DNA of 64,000 nt. Source: an uncultured Solirubrobacterales bacterium. Its GTDB lineage: Bacteria; Actinomycetota; Thermoleophilia; Solirubrobacterales; 70-9. A model generated the notes under the pieces. That model was given only the letters and a program-made list of their open reading frames with translations. It was not told the origin of the DNA and did no database searches. A program made the translations under genes and the position numbers. Shown here piece by piece: positions 19,227 to 31,646 of the stretch (within the stretch, counting starts at the first letter, position 1; each line of letters starts with the position of its first letter). The DNA is taken from assembly GCA_963715395.1 (NCBI GenBank), contig OY970238.1:928858-992857 (forward strand), written 5' to 3'.

Positions 19227-20186
19227 GTGGCTGAGCTGCGCGGCGGGATAGACCTCGGGGGAACGAAGATCCAGACGGCGATCCTCGATGCCGCCGGCGA
19301 AGTTCATGGCGAGGCGCGACGACCGACGCCGACCAGCGGCGGGCCGCGGGACGTCGCCGACGAAATGGCCGCGGCGCTGCGCGACGCCGCCGGGCAGGCC
19401 GGGGTCGAGCCGGCGGACCTCGCCGGCGTCGGTGTCGGTTCACCCGGGGACGCCGACGAGAAGACCGGCGTCGTCTCCGGCGCCCGCAACCTGCCCGGCT
19501 GGGACGGCAGCTTCGCGCTCGCGGACGCGCTGAAGAAAGAGCTCGGGACCGAGATCCGCGTCGGCAACGACGTCCAGGTCGCGACCGAGGCGGAGTTCCA
19601 CCTCGGCGCCGGGCGCGAGTTCCAGAGCCTCATCGGCGTCTTCTGGGGCACCGGCGTCGGCGGCGGGCTCGTGCTCGACGGTAAGCCCTGGCTGGGACGC
19701 GGGGCCGCGGGCGAGATCGGCCACGTAGTCGTCAAGCGCGGTGGCGCCAAGTGCCCCTGCGGGCGCAAAGGCTGCATGGAGGCCTATGCCGGCCGCCTGG
19801 CGATGGAAGCCGAGGCCCGGCGCCAGCACGAGGAGGGCCACAAGACCGACCTCTTCAAGCTGATGGAGAAGCACGGCAAACCGCGCCTGACCAGCGGCAT
19901 CTGGGAGCGCGCCCTCGACCACGGCGACCCGATGGCGGAACAGCTGATCGACCGCGCGATCGAGATGCTCGGGACCGGGATCGCCTCGGCGGTCAACCTG
20001 ATCGACCCGGAAGCGATCGTCATCGGCGGCGGCCTCGGGATCCGGCTCGGCGAGCGCTACATGGAGCCGCTGACGAAAGAGATGGGCAAGCACCTCTTCG
20101 TCGACGAGCGACCACCCGCGGTGCGGATCGCCACGCTCGGCGACCTCGGCGGCGCCGTCGGCGCCTCCCTCCTCTTCGCTCGCTAG
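19227..20186 (+). CDS. ROK-family sugar kinase (glucokinase-like; no N-terminal HTH)
   Basis: The ORF reads GGIDLGGTKIQTAI...GNDVQVATEAE...GEIGHVVV..GGAKCPCGRKGCMEAYAG and is intact at 319 aa. Confidence 0.85.
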   Translation: MAELRGGIDLGGTKIQTAILDAAGEVHGEARRPTPTSGGPRDVADEMAAALRDAAGQAGVEPADLAGVGVGSPGDADEKTGVVSGARNLPGWDGSFALADALKKELGTEIRVGNDVQVATEAEFHLGAGREFQSLIGVFWGTGVGGGLVLDGKPWLGRGAAGEIGHVVVKRGGAKCPCGRKGCMEAYAGRLAMEAEARRQHEEGHKTDLFKLMEKHGKPRLTSGIWERALDHGDPMAEQLIDRAIEMLGTGIASAVNLIDPEAIVIGGGLGIRLGERYMEPLTKEMGKHLFVDERPPAVRIATLGDLGGAVGASLLFAR

Positions 20187-21397
20187 ACCCGGCCGGAAGC
20201 CGAGCGCTGCTGGCGGGCGATTGCGTCGACCAGCACGGCCAGGAGTAGGACGCCACCGGTGACCATGAACTTGACCGCCGAGGAGAGCGCCAGCAGATCC
20301 ATTCCGTTGGAGATCGAGCCGATCACCAGGGCGCCCATAAGCGCCGTCCAGACCGAGCCGCGGCCGCCGAAAAGGCTGGTTCCCGCGATCACCGGGCCGG
20401 CGATCGCCAGCAGCAGCAATTCGTTGCCGCCGGAGTTCTGGTTGACCGCGAGCAGGCGCGAGGCGGCCATGATGCCGCCGATCGCGGCCATCGTGCCGGC
20501 GATCCCGAAGACGGCGACGCGGATGCCGTTGACCCTGATCCCGGCCCGCCGCGCGGCCTCGGCGCCGCCGCCGACGGCGAAGACGTGGCGGCCGAAGCGG
20601 GTCCGCCTGACCACGTACTCCATCCCGACGACGAAGGCGAGCAGGATCAGCACCGCCAGCGGCACGCCTCGGTCGGAGTTGAGGACGACGACGGCGACGA
20701 TCGTCACCACCGCCACCACGGCGAACCTGAAGCCGAGCGTGGTCACGCTCTGCCCGGGCAGCCCGGCGGCGAGGCGGCGACGATGACCGAGGAAGACCAC
20801 GGCGCCGTAGCCGGCGATCACGATCGCGGCGAAGATCCAGCCGACCGTGTCGGAGTAGAAGGTGTTCGCCAGGCCCGTGATTTTGGGGTCGGTGAGGTTG
20901 ATCGACCCGGTCGAGCCGAGCACCTGTAAGAGCGCTCCCTGCCAGGCCAATAACCCCGCAAGGGTGACGACGAAGGAGGGGATTCCGAAGCGGCTGAAGA
21001 GGAAGCCCTGGAGCAGCCCGATCCCCAGCCCGACGGCGACCGCAGCGGCGATCGCGAGGTACGGGCTCCAGCCGTGTTTAACGTTGAGCACCGCCATCAC
21101 CGCCGCGGCGAGGCCGCTGACGGCGCCGACCGAGAGGTCGATCTCGCCCAGCAACAGCACGTAGACGATCCCTACCGAGATCAGGCCGATCGCGGTGATC
21201 TGCAGCATCAGGTTGGTCAAATTCTGGGCCGAGAGGAAACGGTCGTTCTCGAACTGGAAGATCGCCCAGATCACAGCCAGGCCGATGACCACCCGCAGCG
21301 AGGCGAGGTCGCCCTGAATCAGGCGGCGCAGGGTCTCTTTGCGCCGTTTGGCAATGGCTTTCTCGGCCGCGGCGGCACTGGCGGTCGCATCGCTCAT
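20183..21397 (-). CDS. Monosaccharide (CUT2-type) ABC transporter permease
   Basis: This 404-aa polytopic membrane protein has the character of the XylH/RbsC family. It overlaps the ATPase gene by 4 nt. Confidence 0.8.
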   Translation of the reverse strand: MSDATASAAAAEKAIAKRRKETLRRLIQGDLASLRVVIGLAVIWAIFQFENDRFLSAQNLTNLMLQITAIGLISVGIVYVLLLGEIDLSVGAVSGLAAAVMAVLNVKHGWSPYLAIAAAVAVGLGIGLLQGFLFSRFGIPSFVVTLAGLLAWQGALLQVLGSTGSINLTDPKITGLANTFYSDTVGWIFAAIVIAGYGAVVFLGHRRRLAAGLPGQSVTTLGFRFAVVAVVTIVAVVVLNSDRGVPLAVLILLAFVVGMEYVVRRTRFGRHVFAVGGGAEAARRAGIRVNGIRVAVFGIAGTMAAIGGIMAASRLLAVNQNSGGNELLLLAIAGPVIAGTSLFGGRGSVWTALMGALVIGSISNGMDLLALSSAVKFMVTGGVLLLAVLVDAIARQQRSASGRV

Positions 21398-22224
21398 CTG
21401 CCCGCCTCGCGATCGTCGCTCGGTTTGCCCTCGGCCGCGGTCTCGTCCTCGCCGTTCCGTTTCTCCCCCTCCGACCCGACCCCGGTGATCGCCGAGACGA
21501 CGTGCTCCTCGGTCGTCTGTTCGGCTTTGAACTCGCCGGCGGCGCGGCCGAGGCGCAGGACGAAGATCCGGTCGGCCACCTCGAAGACGTCGACGAGGTT
21601 GTGGCTGATGACGACGACGCCGAGCCCTTTGTCGCGCAGGCGCCGAATCAGGTCGAGGACCAGGGCGGTCTGGGCCACACCGAGCGCCGCGGTCGGCTCG
21701 TCGAGGAGCACGACCCTCGGCTCGCCGAGGAGCGAGCGGGCGACCGCGACCTGCTGACGCTGGCCGCCGGAGAGGGTGCCGACCTCGCTGCGCACGCTCG
21801 GGATCGTCACCGCCAGGTTGCCGAGCAGCTCCGAGGTTTCGTGCTCCATCCGCGACTCGTCGAGCTGGCGCGAGACCTCACCGACACCGGGTGAGATCTC
21901 CTCGCGGCCGAGGAAGAGGTTGGCGACGACGTCGAGGTTGTCGCAGAGGGCGAGATCCTGGTAGACGGTCGCGATTCCGAGGGCGGTCGCGTCCTGCGGT
22001 TTCCTGATCGTGACCTGTTTGCCGTCGAACCGGATCGTGCCGGTGTCGGTCTCGTTGATCCCGGCGATCGCCTTTACCAGCGTCGACTTGCCAGCGCCGT
22101 TGTCACCGACCAGGCCGACGACCTCGCCGGCGTGGACGGCGAAGTCGACCCGGTCCAGAGCCTGAACCGGGCCGAACCGCTTGCTCACACCCTCCAGCTC
22201 GAGGAGCGCAGCGCCGGTGGCCAT
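21394..22224 (-). CDS. Sugar ABC transporter ATP-binding protein (single NBD)
   Basis: It has Walker A (GDNGAGKST), the signature motif (LSGGQRQ) and Walker B (VVLLDEPT). Confidence 0.9.
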   Translation of the reverse strand: MATGAALLELEGVSKRFGPVQALDRVDFAVHAGEVVGLVGDNGAGKSTLVKAIAGINETDTGTIRFDGKQVTIRKPQDATALGIATVYQDLALCDNLDVVANLFLGREEISPGVGEVSRQLDESRMEHETSELLGNLAVTIPSVRSEVGTLSGGQRQQVAVARSLLGEPRVVLLDEPTAALGVAQTALVLDLIRRLRDKGLGVVVISHNLVDVFEVADRIFVLRLGRAAGEFKAEQTTEEHVVSAITGVGSEGEKRNGEDETAAEGKPSDDREAGR

Positions 22225-22225
22225 C

Positions 22226-23323
22226 TCAGCCCGAGATTCCGGCTTCTTTGCAGGCGCTCACGAAGGGGCCCGTACAGAGTTCGTTGGCGGTGACGAACCC
22301 GTCGGCGACCACGGTGCTTTTGACGTTGTCTTTGGTCACCGCGATCGGTTCCAGCAGGACGGCGGGCACTTTGCCTTTGCCGTTGTCGACTTCTTCGGTG
22401 ACTTTGTCCTGCGGTACCCCTTCGCCTTCGGCCAGGGCGATCGCGATTTCGGCGCTGATCGTGGCCTCCGGCTCGATTTCCTTGTAGATGGTCATGAACT
22501 GTTCGCCGGCGAGGATCCTCTGCAGGCCGGCGACCGTCGCGTCCTGGCCGGTCACGGGCCTTTCTTCGGGGTTGATGCCGGCGCCCTTGAGCGCCGCGAT
22601 CGCGCCACCGCCGGTGTCGTCGTTGGCCGCGTAGATGGCGGCGAAGCCGTCGTTGCCGAGCGCGGTGATCGCCTGCTGCGCCTCGCGCTGGGCGTTTTCG
22701 GCCGACCAGTCGGGGGTGTCGTACTCTTTCGCGACCTCGACGCCCTCCGCTTCGAACCCTTTGTTGGCGCCGGCCTTGAACAGCGCCGCGTTGGGGTCGG
22801 CCGGGTCGCCGTTGATCATGATGATCGGGCCGCTGGCGCTGCCGTCTTCTTTGAGTTTTTCGGCCAGCGTTTCGGCCTGGAGTTCGCCGACTTTTTCGTT
22901 GTCGAAGGAAACGTAGGCGTCGACTTCGCCGTTTTCGACCAAGCGGTCATAGCTGAGGACGGGCACGTCCTGAGCCTGCGCCTGTTCGGCGATCGTCGCC
23001 GCCGATTTGGAGTCCATCGGGTCGAGGACGAGGACTTCGGCCCCCTGGGTCAGTGCCGCTTCAGCCTGGCTCTGCTGTTTTTCCGCGTCGCCGCCGGCGT
23101 TGCTGTAGAGGACGTCGCAGTCGCCGCACTGGTCTTCGACCGCTTTTTCGAAGTCGGGGCGGTCGTCGGATTCGTAGCGGGGCGTCTCGTTTTCCGGCAG
23201 GAGGAGGGCGATTTTCGTGCCGCCGTTCCCGTCACTTCCACCACAACCGACCGCCACCAGCGCGATCGCGATCAACACACCAGCAGCGATCGCGATTCGC
23301 TTCGAGATTGCAGAACTGGACAT
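22226..23323 (-). CDS. Sugar ABC transporter substrate-binding lipoprotein (XylF/RbsB-like)
   Basis: It starts at ATG 23323 with an upstream GGAGGA. The lipobox is LVAVGCGG. The translation has a type-I periplasmic binding fold pattern. Confidence 0.8.
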   Translation of the reverse strand: MSSSAISKRIAIAAGVLIAIALVAVGCGGSDGNGGTKIALLLPENETPRYESDDRPDFEKAVEDQCGDCDVLYSNAGGDAEKQQSQAEAALTQGAEVLVLDPMDSKSAATIAEQAQAQDVPVLSYDRLVENGEVDAYVSFDNEKVGELQAETLAEKLKEDGSASGPIIMINGDPADPNAALFKAGANKGFEAEGVEVAKEYDTPDWSAENAQREAQQAITALGNDGFAAIYAANDDTGGGAIAALKGAGINPEERPVTGQDATVAGLQRILAGEQFMTIYKEIEPEATISAEIAIALAEGEGVPQDKVTEEVDNGKGKVPAVLLEPIAVTKDNVKSTVVADGFVTANELCTGPFVSACKEAGISG

Positions 23324-23381
23324 TGGTTCCTCCGGTCTCCTGCCTATTTCGCCCTGCAGGTACCCAGGGACTGAGATTTCA

Positions 23382-23391
23382 TGCACGTGCA
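23382..23391. promoter_or_regulatory. Perfect 10-bp palindrome TGCACGTGCA upstream of the sugar ABC operon
   Basis: It lies about 60 nt upstream of the ATG at 23323, inside the only non-coding gap of the operon. Confidence 0.3.
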
Positions 23392-23392
23392 C

Positions 23393-23422
23393 GAAAAAGA
23401 CGTAGAGGTGCCTGACAGGCAC
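23393..23422 (-). terminator. Possible uvrA terminator hairpin
   Basis: On the minus RNA, GUGCCU-GUC-AGGCAC is followed 9 nt later by CUUUUU, about 30 nt after the uvrA stop. This is a weak candidate. Confidence 0.35.
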
Positions 23423-23450
23423 GCCTGAGGGGTTCCGCGTGCGCGGCCGG

Positions 23451-26324
<2,874 letters not shown>

Positions 26325-26344
26325 TGCGAACGATTCTACGCAGG

Positions 26345-26358
26345 CGAACAGATGTTCC
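26345..26358. promoter_or_regulatory. Cheo-type LexA (SOS) box upstream of uvrA
   Basis: cgaacagatgttcc matches CGAACRNRYGTTYC and lies 21-34 nt upstream of the uvrA ATG at 26324. Confidence 0.6.
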
Positions 26359-26374
26359 CCGGGGGACTTCAGGT

Positions 26375-26422
26375 GTTGCGGTTGTCCTTTGTACCCCTAT
26401 GCGGGACAAAAGACTGCCGCAA
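26375..26422 (-). terminator. Long imperfect hairpin downstream of the alpha/beta hydrolase gene
   Basis: The arms gttgcgg+ttgtcc and ggacaa...ccgcaac pair, and the structure starts 6 nt after the stop at 26428. Confidence 0.4.
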
Positions 26423-26427
26423 CTCAG

Positions 26428-27327
26428 CTAAGGGCCGAGGGAGAGGAGGTCGTCGAGGATCTCGCCGTAGCGGCGGGTCATCAGGGAGACGTGACCCTCC
26501 TCGGGCAGGAGATGGAAGCGCGCCCCGGCGACGTTGCGGGCGATCCATTCGGTGTGGGCGGTGGGGATGATCCGGTCCTTCCCCCCCTGCCAGACGGACA
26601 CGGGGACCGCGGCCTGGGCGGGATCGAACCCCCAATCGCCCCAGATGATCTTGTCGTCGTCGAACCAGCCCCAGATGCCGTCCTTGACCGCCAGCGGGTA
26701 GCTCTTGACCTGGAACTCGAGGAACTCGCCGGTGAAGGAGGCTTTGTCGACGTCGGAGTGGAGATTCCCGAAGTCGTCGCGTATCTGCGCACCTGTGGTG
26801 ACCTTGCGCATCTTCTCGGCCTCGGCCTCGAGGAGCCGGACGAGAGCCTCGTCGCCGGCTTCGAGCGCCTCTTCCTCGGGCCCGTTGGCCAGCTCGATCC
26901 CATCGGTCCAGTCCAGACCCTCGGCCGAGCGCGGGGCGAAGGTGGCGATCACGACCGCCGCGCGGACACGGTCCGCAAGCAACGCCGCGTCCGCGAGCGC
27001 CGGCCCGCCTCCGCCGGAGTGCCCGATGACGTAGAACGTCTCGGCGCCGAGCTCGTCGGCCACGACTGCCGTGTCGGCAGGGTTGTCGGCATACGAGCGT
27101 CCCGCGAAGCGGGTCGACCCGTGATACCCCGGCCGCGAGACGCAGACGATCCGCAGCCCGCGCTCCGCGCACTCCCTCACCTGCCCCTCGAAGACATACC
27201 GAGAACCGGGAGTCCCCGTATGGAAGAAGACGAGCTCGCCATCCTCCGGCCCGGCCTCTTCGACCGCCAACCAGCGCCCATCACGGCTGCGCGTCTGGAA
27301 CTCCCTGCGACGCATCCGCTCGGCCAT
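26428..27327 (-). CDS. Alpha/beta-fold hydrolase
   Basis: The ORF contains the nucleophile elbow GHSGGG and a C-terminal ...PEEGH. It is intact at 299 aa. Confidence 0.8.
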   Translation of the reverse strand: MAERMRRREFQTRSRDGRWLAVEEAGPEDGELVFFHTGTPGSRYVFEGQVRECAERGLRIVCVSRPGYHGSTRFAGRSYADNPADTAVVADELGAETFYVIGHSGGGGPALADAALLADRVRAAVVIATFAPRSAEGLDWTDGIELANGPEEEALEAGDEALVRLLEAEAEKMRKVTTGAQIRDDFGNLHSDVDKASFTGEFLEFQVKSYPLAVKDGIWGWFDDDKIIWGDWGFDPAQAAVPVSVWQGGKDRIIPTAHTEWIARNVAGARFHLLPEEGHVSLMTRRYGEILDDLLSLGP

Positions 27328-27344
27328 TTTCCGGGTCCGGTCGC

Positions 27345-28082
27345 TCAGCCGAGCGCTGCGGCGAGCTTGCGACGGTAGTCGCGGGCGCTGGGGTCGGCGG
27401 GGTCGAGTTCGCTGAGAATGCCGACGACGGCGCGGCGCAGGTCGTCGCGAGTGCCGTCTTCGGCGCTCGCGATCTCCGACAGCAAGCCGTCGAGTGCCGC
27501 TTCGCGATCGCCGCGGTCGAGGGCGGCGAAGGCGTCGTCGCCGACGCCCGCCTGGGCCAAGCGCACACGGGCGGCGATGCCATCGGCGCCGAAGTCCCCG
27601 GCGTGGGGCTCAACCGCTTCGAGCGCCTCCACCCCCGCCCCGCGCTCGAGCCGGGCGCGGCCGAGCCGGACGGCGATGTCGGCGCGGCGCGGCTCCAGTT
27701 CGGCGGCTTCGCGCAGGGAGAGCTCGTCGCCCCTGTCGAGCAGCTCGTCGGCTTTGGAGGGCAGTAGTGAGTCGAAGAACTGCTCGACTTTCGCTTTCGG
27801 CACGGCGCCGACGAACTCGTCGACGACGTCGCCGTCCCGGAAGGCCTTGACCGCGGGGATGCCCTGCACGCCGTAGCGACCGGCCAGCCCGGGGTTGGAG
27901 TCGACGTCGACCTTGGCCAGGAGGACGCGGCCGCCGCGGCTCGCCTCGGCCGCCTCGAGCGCCGGGCTCAGCGCTTTGCAGGGCCCGCACCACTCGGCCC
28001 AGAAGTCGACCACGACCGGGGTCTTGGCGGAGAGGTCGACGACGTCGCGGTCGAAGGTCGCTTCGGTTACGTCGAGTGCCAT
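27345..28082 (-). CDS. Thioredoxin-domain protein with a helical TPR-like C-terminal region (YbbN/CnoX-like)
   Basis: The ORF has a WCGPC motif (VVDFWAEWCGPCKAL) followed by an Ala/Arg/Asp-rich helical half. Confidence 0.8.
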   Translation of the reverse strand: MALDVTEATFDRDVVDLSAKTPVVVDFWAEWCGPCKALSPALEAAEASRGGRVLLAKVDVDSNPGLAGRYGVQGIPAVKAFRDGDVVDEFVGAVPKAKVEQFFDSLLPSKADELLDRGDELSLREAAELEPRRADIAVRLGRARLERGAGVEALEAVEPHAGDFGADGIAARVRLAQAGVGDDAFAALDRGDREAALDGLLSEIASAEDGTRDDLRRAVVGILSELDPADPSARDYRRKLAAALG

Positions 28083-28126
28083 CGCCTCAGATTAAAACTC
28101 GCCGTGCCTCGGCGCCTCGACCGGAG

Positions 28127-29101
28127 CTAGTCGGTGACGACGCCGGTCATCGACCGGACCATGGCCGCGACGTTGGCGCCGCTCGCGTAGCAGCGGACAG
28201 CGACCTGGCGGTCGCCGGCGGGAACTTCCCAGCGGTGGGTCAGCGGGATCGTGATCAGGATGTCGGTTGCCGCCGACCCGATGATGGTGGTGAGAGTTTC
28301 GGTGCCACTGGGGCCGAAGCCACGCTGGGTGGCGACGCTGCCGACACCGTCGTAGAAGCTGCACTCGACCTCGCGGTTGGTGCCGGAGGAGTTGAAGAGG
28401 CGGATCATCGCCGTCGCGACGACGTGGCCGGCGCTGGGCAGGCTGTCAAACGAGGCCTGCAGCACGGTGGTCGGATTGCCGGTGTCGGTGCCAATTGGCA
28501 ATACCCCGACCGCGCTCGCCGCGAAGGAGATGCTGAGCCCGCTGCTGCCGTCGGCGCCCGTTGCTCCGGTCGCGCCCGTGGGGCCGGTTGCCCCCGTGGC
28601 GCCGGTCGGGCCAGCCGCACCTTCGGCGCCGGTCGGGCCGGTCGCGCCATCGGCACCGGTCGGGCCAAGGGCTCCCGCAGGGCCGTCGGCGCCAGTGGGA
28701 CCGGTGTCGCCAGTTGGGCCGATGAGCCCAGTCGGGCCGCTCGGGCCTGCGGGGCCCTGTACTCCGGTCTCACCGGTGAAACCAGTGGGGCCGGTTAGGC
28801 CGATCGGACCGGGCATGCCGGCCGGGCCAGTCGGACCGGCTGAGCCGGCCTGACCGTTGGCGCCGCCGTTGCCGGCGGCTCCAGCGGGTCCGGCGCCTCC
28901 GGGCTGGCCGGAGACGAGGTAGCTCTTCTCGGAGGACTTGCAGGACACGCCCGCGGGCACGATGCGGATGCTGCCCTTGTTCGGCTTGGTGGTCTTGACG
29001 CAGAAATACGCGGTGGGAATCGTCTCCGGAGCGGCCGCGGCGGCCGCGCCTGGAACCAGGGTGACGGCGGCCGCGATCATGGCTGCGAGGGCGATACGCA
29101 C
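28127..29101 (-). CDS. Secreted collagen-like triple-helix repeat protein with a globular C-terminal domain
   Basis: It has a signal peptide ([24 protein letters not shown]) and a Cys-containing N-terminal segment. 41 uninterrupted G-X-Y triplets (many GPT/GAT) follow, then a 136-aa beta-rich C-terminal domain. Confidence 0.8.
   Translation of the reverse strand: MRIALAAMIAAAVTLVPGAAAAAAPETIPTAYFCVKTTKPNKGSIRIVPAGVSCKSSEKSYLVSGQPGGAGPAGAAGNGGANGQAGSAGPTGPAGMPGPIGLTGPTGFTGETGVQGPAGPSGPTGLIGPTGDTGPTGADGPAGALGPTGADGATGPTGAEGAAGPTGATGATGPTGATGATGADGSSGLSISFAASAVGVLPIGTDTGNPTTVLQASFDSLPSAGHVVATAMIRLFNSSGTNREVECSFYDGVGSVATQRGFGPSGTETLTTIIGSAATDILITIPLTHRWEVPAGDRQVAVRCYASGANVAAMVRSMTGVVTD
28538..28909 (-). 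repeat. Coding G-X-Y (9-nt periodic) collagen-like repeat tract
   Basis: The tract runs GQP GGA GPA ... [15 protein letters not shown], and every third residue is Gly for 123 aa. Confidence 0.85.
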
Positions 29102-29198
29102 GCCCCGTCATCGGCGGGCCGTCCCGCCGCGCGAGGTTTGCAGGAAATCGCCCGCGGGCGTACGGTCTACCTGGGCGGGGACAACAGAGGAGAGAGAT

Positions 29199-29579
29199 AT
29201 GTCGAACGTCGACACCGCCCGGTCCGCCTACGAGGCATTTTCCAAAGGCGACCTGGCAGCCCTGCAGGATTCGTTCGCCGAGGACGCCGTCTGGGTCACC
29301 TCGGACGAGCTGCCACTCGGGGGTGAAGTGAAGGGCCGCGACACGATCATGCGGAACTTCACCGAAATCCCCAAGTACTGGACCACGTTCAGCGTCGAAC
29401 CGGAGGAGTTCATCGACGCCGGCGACTACGTCGTCGTCCGCGGAACCCAGAAAGCGGGCAACGACAAAGGCAGCTTCGAAGCTCCCTTCCTACACCTGCT
29501 CAAAGTCGACGCGAACGGCAAAACCGTGCGCGGCGAATTCTTCGCCGACAGCGCCAAGGCGGTGAAGCTGCTGAGCTAG
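29199..29579 (+). CDS. SnoaL/NTF2-like small protein
   Basis: It starts at ATG 29199 after GGAGAGAG. MSNVDTARSAYEAFSKGDLAALQDSFAEDAVW... is a typical SnoaL-like N-terminus. Confidence 0.75.
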   Translation: MSNVDTARSAYEAFSKGDLAALQDSFAEDAVWVTSDELPLGGEVKGRDTIMRNFTEIPKYWTTFSVEPEEFIDAGDYVVVRGTQKAGNDKGSFEAPFLHLLKVDANGKTVRGEFFADSAKAVKLLS

Positions 29580-29585
29580 ACAGCC

Positions 29586-31584
29586 TTAAGCCCCCGCCGT
29601 CATCCCGTCGAGGTCGCGGCGCAGCTCTCTCAGCTCGTCGCGGATCCGGCCGGCCTCCTCGAAGCGGAGGTCGTCGGCCGCGGCCAGCATCTCCTCCTCG
29701 AGGGCCACGATCGTGCGCTCCAGCTCCTCCGGGCTCTCGAAGTCGTCGCTGCGCTTGCGCCGGCGTTTGGCCGGCGCCCGATCCTCCATCGCCAGGAACG
29801 AGGCCATCTCGGAGATCCCTTTGCGCACCGTCGCAGGGGTGATCCCGTGCTCCTCGTTGTAGGCAACCTGGATCTCGCGGCGGCGGTCGGTCTCGCTCAT
29901 CGCCGCTTTCATCGCGTCGGTCACCTTGTCGGCGTACATCAGCACCCGGCCGTTGACGTTGCGGGCGGCACGGCCGATCGTCTGCACGAGGCTGGTCTCA
30001 CCACGGAGGAAGCCCTCCTTGTCGGCATCGAGGATCGCGACCAGGGAGACCTCGGGCAGGTCGAGGCCCTCGCGTAGGAGGTTGACGCCGACCAGCACGT
30101 CGTACTCGCCCAAGCGCAGGTCGCGGACGATCTGGATCCGTTCCAGGGTGTCGATCTCCGAGTGCAGGTAGCGGACTTTGATCCCGTACTCGAGCAGGTA
30201 GGCGGTCAGGTCCTCGGCCATCTTCTTGGTCAGCGTGGTGACCAGCGTGCGGTCGCCGCTCTCGGCGACGCCCCGCACCTCGTTCATCAAGTCGTCGATC
30301 TGGTTTTTCGTCTCCCGCAGCTCGATGGCGGGGTCGATGATTCCCGTCGGCCGGACGATCTGCTCGACGATCCGGGTCGACTCCGCGCGCTCGAACGGCC
30401 CCGGCGTCGCCGAGACCATCACCAGCTGTTTGACCCGTTCGAGGAACTCGTCGAACTTGAGAGGCCGGTTGTCGATCGCCGAGGGCAGCCGGAAGCCGTA
30501 GTCGACCAGCGTCGTCTTTCGCGACCTGTCTCCCTCATACATGCCGCCGATCTGGGGGATCGTCTGGTGGGACTCGTCGACCATCACCACGAAGTCGTCT
30601 GGGAAGTAGTCGATCAGCGTGTGTGGCGGGCTGCCCGCCGGGCGACCGTCGAGGATGCGCGAGTAGTTCTCGATCCCGGAGGTGAAGCCGACCTCTTTCA
30701 GCATCTTCGAGGTCGTAGGCGGTGCGCTGGCGCAGCCGGTGCGCCTCCAACTGCTTGCCTTCCTCCTCCAGTTCGGCGGTGCGGGAGTCGAGTTCGGCGC
30801 GGATCTCCTCGACCGCGCGCTCCAGCGTCTCGTCCCTGGTCACGTAGTGGGAGGCCGGCCAGACCGAGACGTGATCGATCGTGTCCAACACCTCGCCGGT
30901 CAACGGATCGAAATGCTGGATCCCCTCGATCTCATCGCCGAAGAGGGAGATCCGGTAGGCCGACTCGGCGTAGGAGGGCATGATCTCCAGCACCTCGCCG
31001 CGCACTCTGAAGGAGCCGCGGCCCAGGACCGCGTCGTTGCGCTGGTACTGCATCTTCACCAGCTTGCGCAGCACCTCGTCGCGGTCGATCGTCCCGCCGA
31101 CTTTGAACAACTGCATTTTTTCGTTGTAGACCTGGGGTGAGCCGATTCCGTAGATGCAGGAAACGGAGGCGACGATGATCACGTCACGCCGCGCGAATAG
31201 CGCCGCCGTCGCCGCGTGCCGCAGGCGGTCGATCTCGTCGTTGATCGAGGAGTCCTTCTCGATGTAGAGGTCCTGGGCCGGGACGTAGGCCTCGGGCTGG
31301 TAGTAGTCGTAGTAGGAGACGAAGTACTCGACCACGTTCTCGGGGAAGAACTCACGGAACTCGTTGCAGAGCTGCGCGGCGAGCGTCTTGTTGTGGGCGA
31401 TCACAAGGGTCGGCCGCTGCACCTCGGCGATCGTCGCCGCCATCGTGAAGGTCTTGCCGGTGCCGGTCGCGCCCAGCAGCGTCTGGAATCGTTCGCCGGC
31501 GCCCAGACCCTCGGCCAGGCCGGCGATCGCCTTCGGCTGGTCGGCAGTGGGCGTGTATGCGGGGTTGAGCTTGAACTCGGGCAC
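29586..31584 (-). pseudogene. uvrB: Excinuclease ABC subunit B; one frameshift
   Basis: The N-terminal ORF is 30535-31584 ([12 protein letters not shown]...[10 protein letters not shown]...RTAYDLE). The C-terminal ORF is 29586-30704 ([16 protein letters not shown]...DESHQT...UVR domain [10 protein letters not shown]). They join if the single base at 30705 is removed. Confidence 0.9.
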
Positions 31585-31646
31585 CGGTTGAAAATAGCGG
31601 GCGCACTACTCGCGCTATCCGGGAAGAGGTCGCCACGGCCGCGCAA

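Noticed and set aside
19227-20186. The ROK protein as the transcriptional regulator that binds the 15-bp inverted repeat or the ABC-operon palindrome.
   Set aside because: The protein starts directly with the kinase ATP-binding motif (GGIDLGGTK) and has no N-terminal winged-helix domain. It is more likely a glucokinase.
28377-28853. + strand ORFs (28377-28853, 28076-28798) and alternative minus-frame ORFs across the collagen-like region.
   Set aside because: All are by-products of the 9-nt periodic GC-rich repeat. Only the 28127-29101 minus frame has a signal peptide, perfect Gly periodicity and a non-repetitive C-terminal domain.
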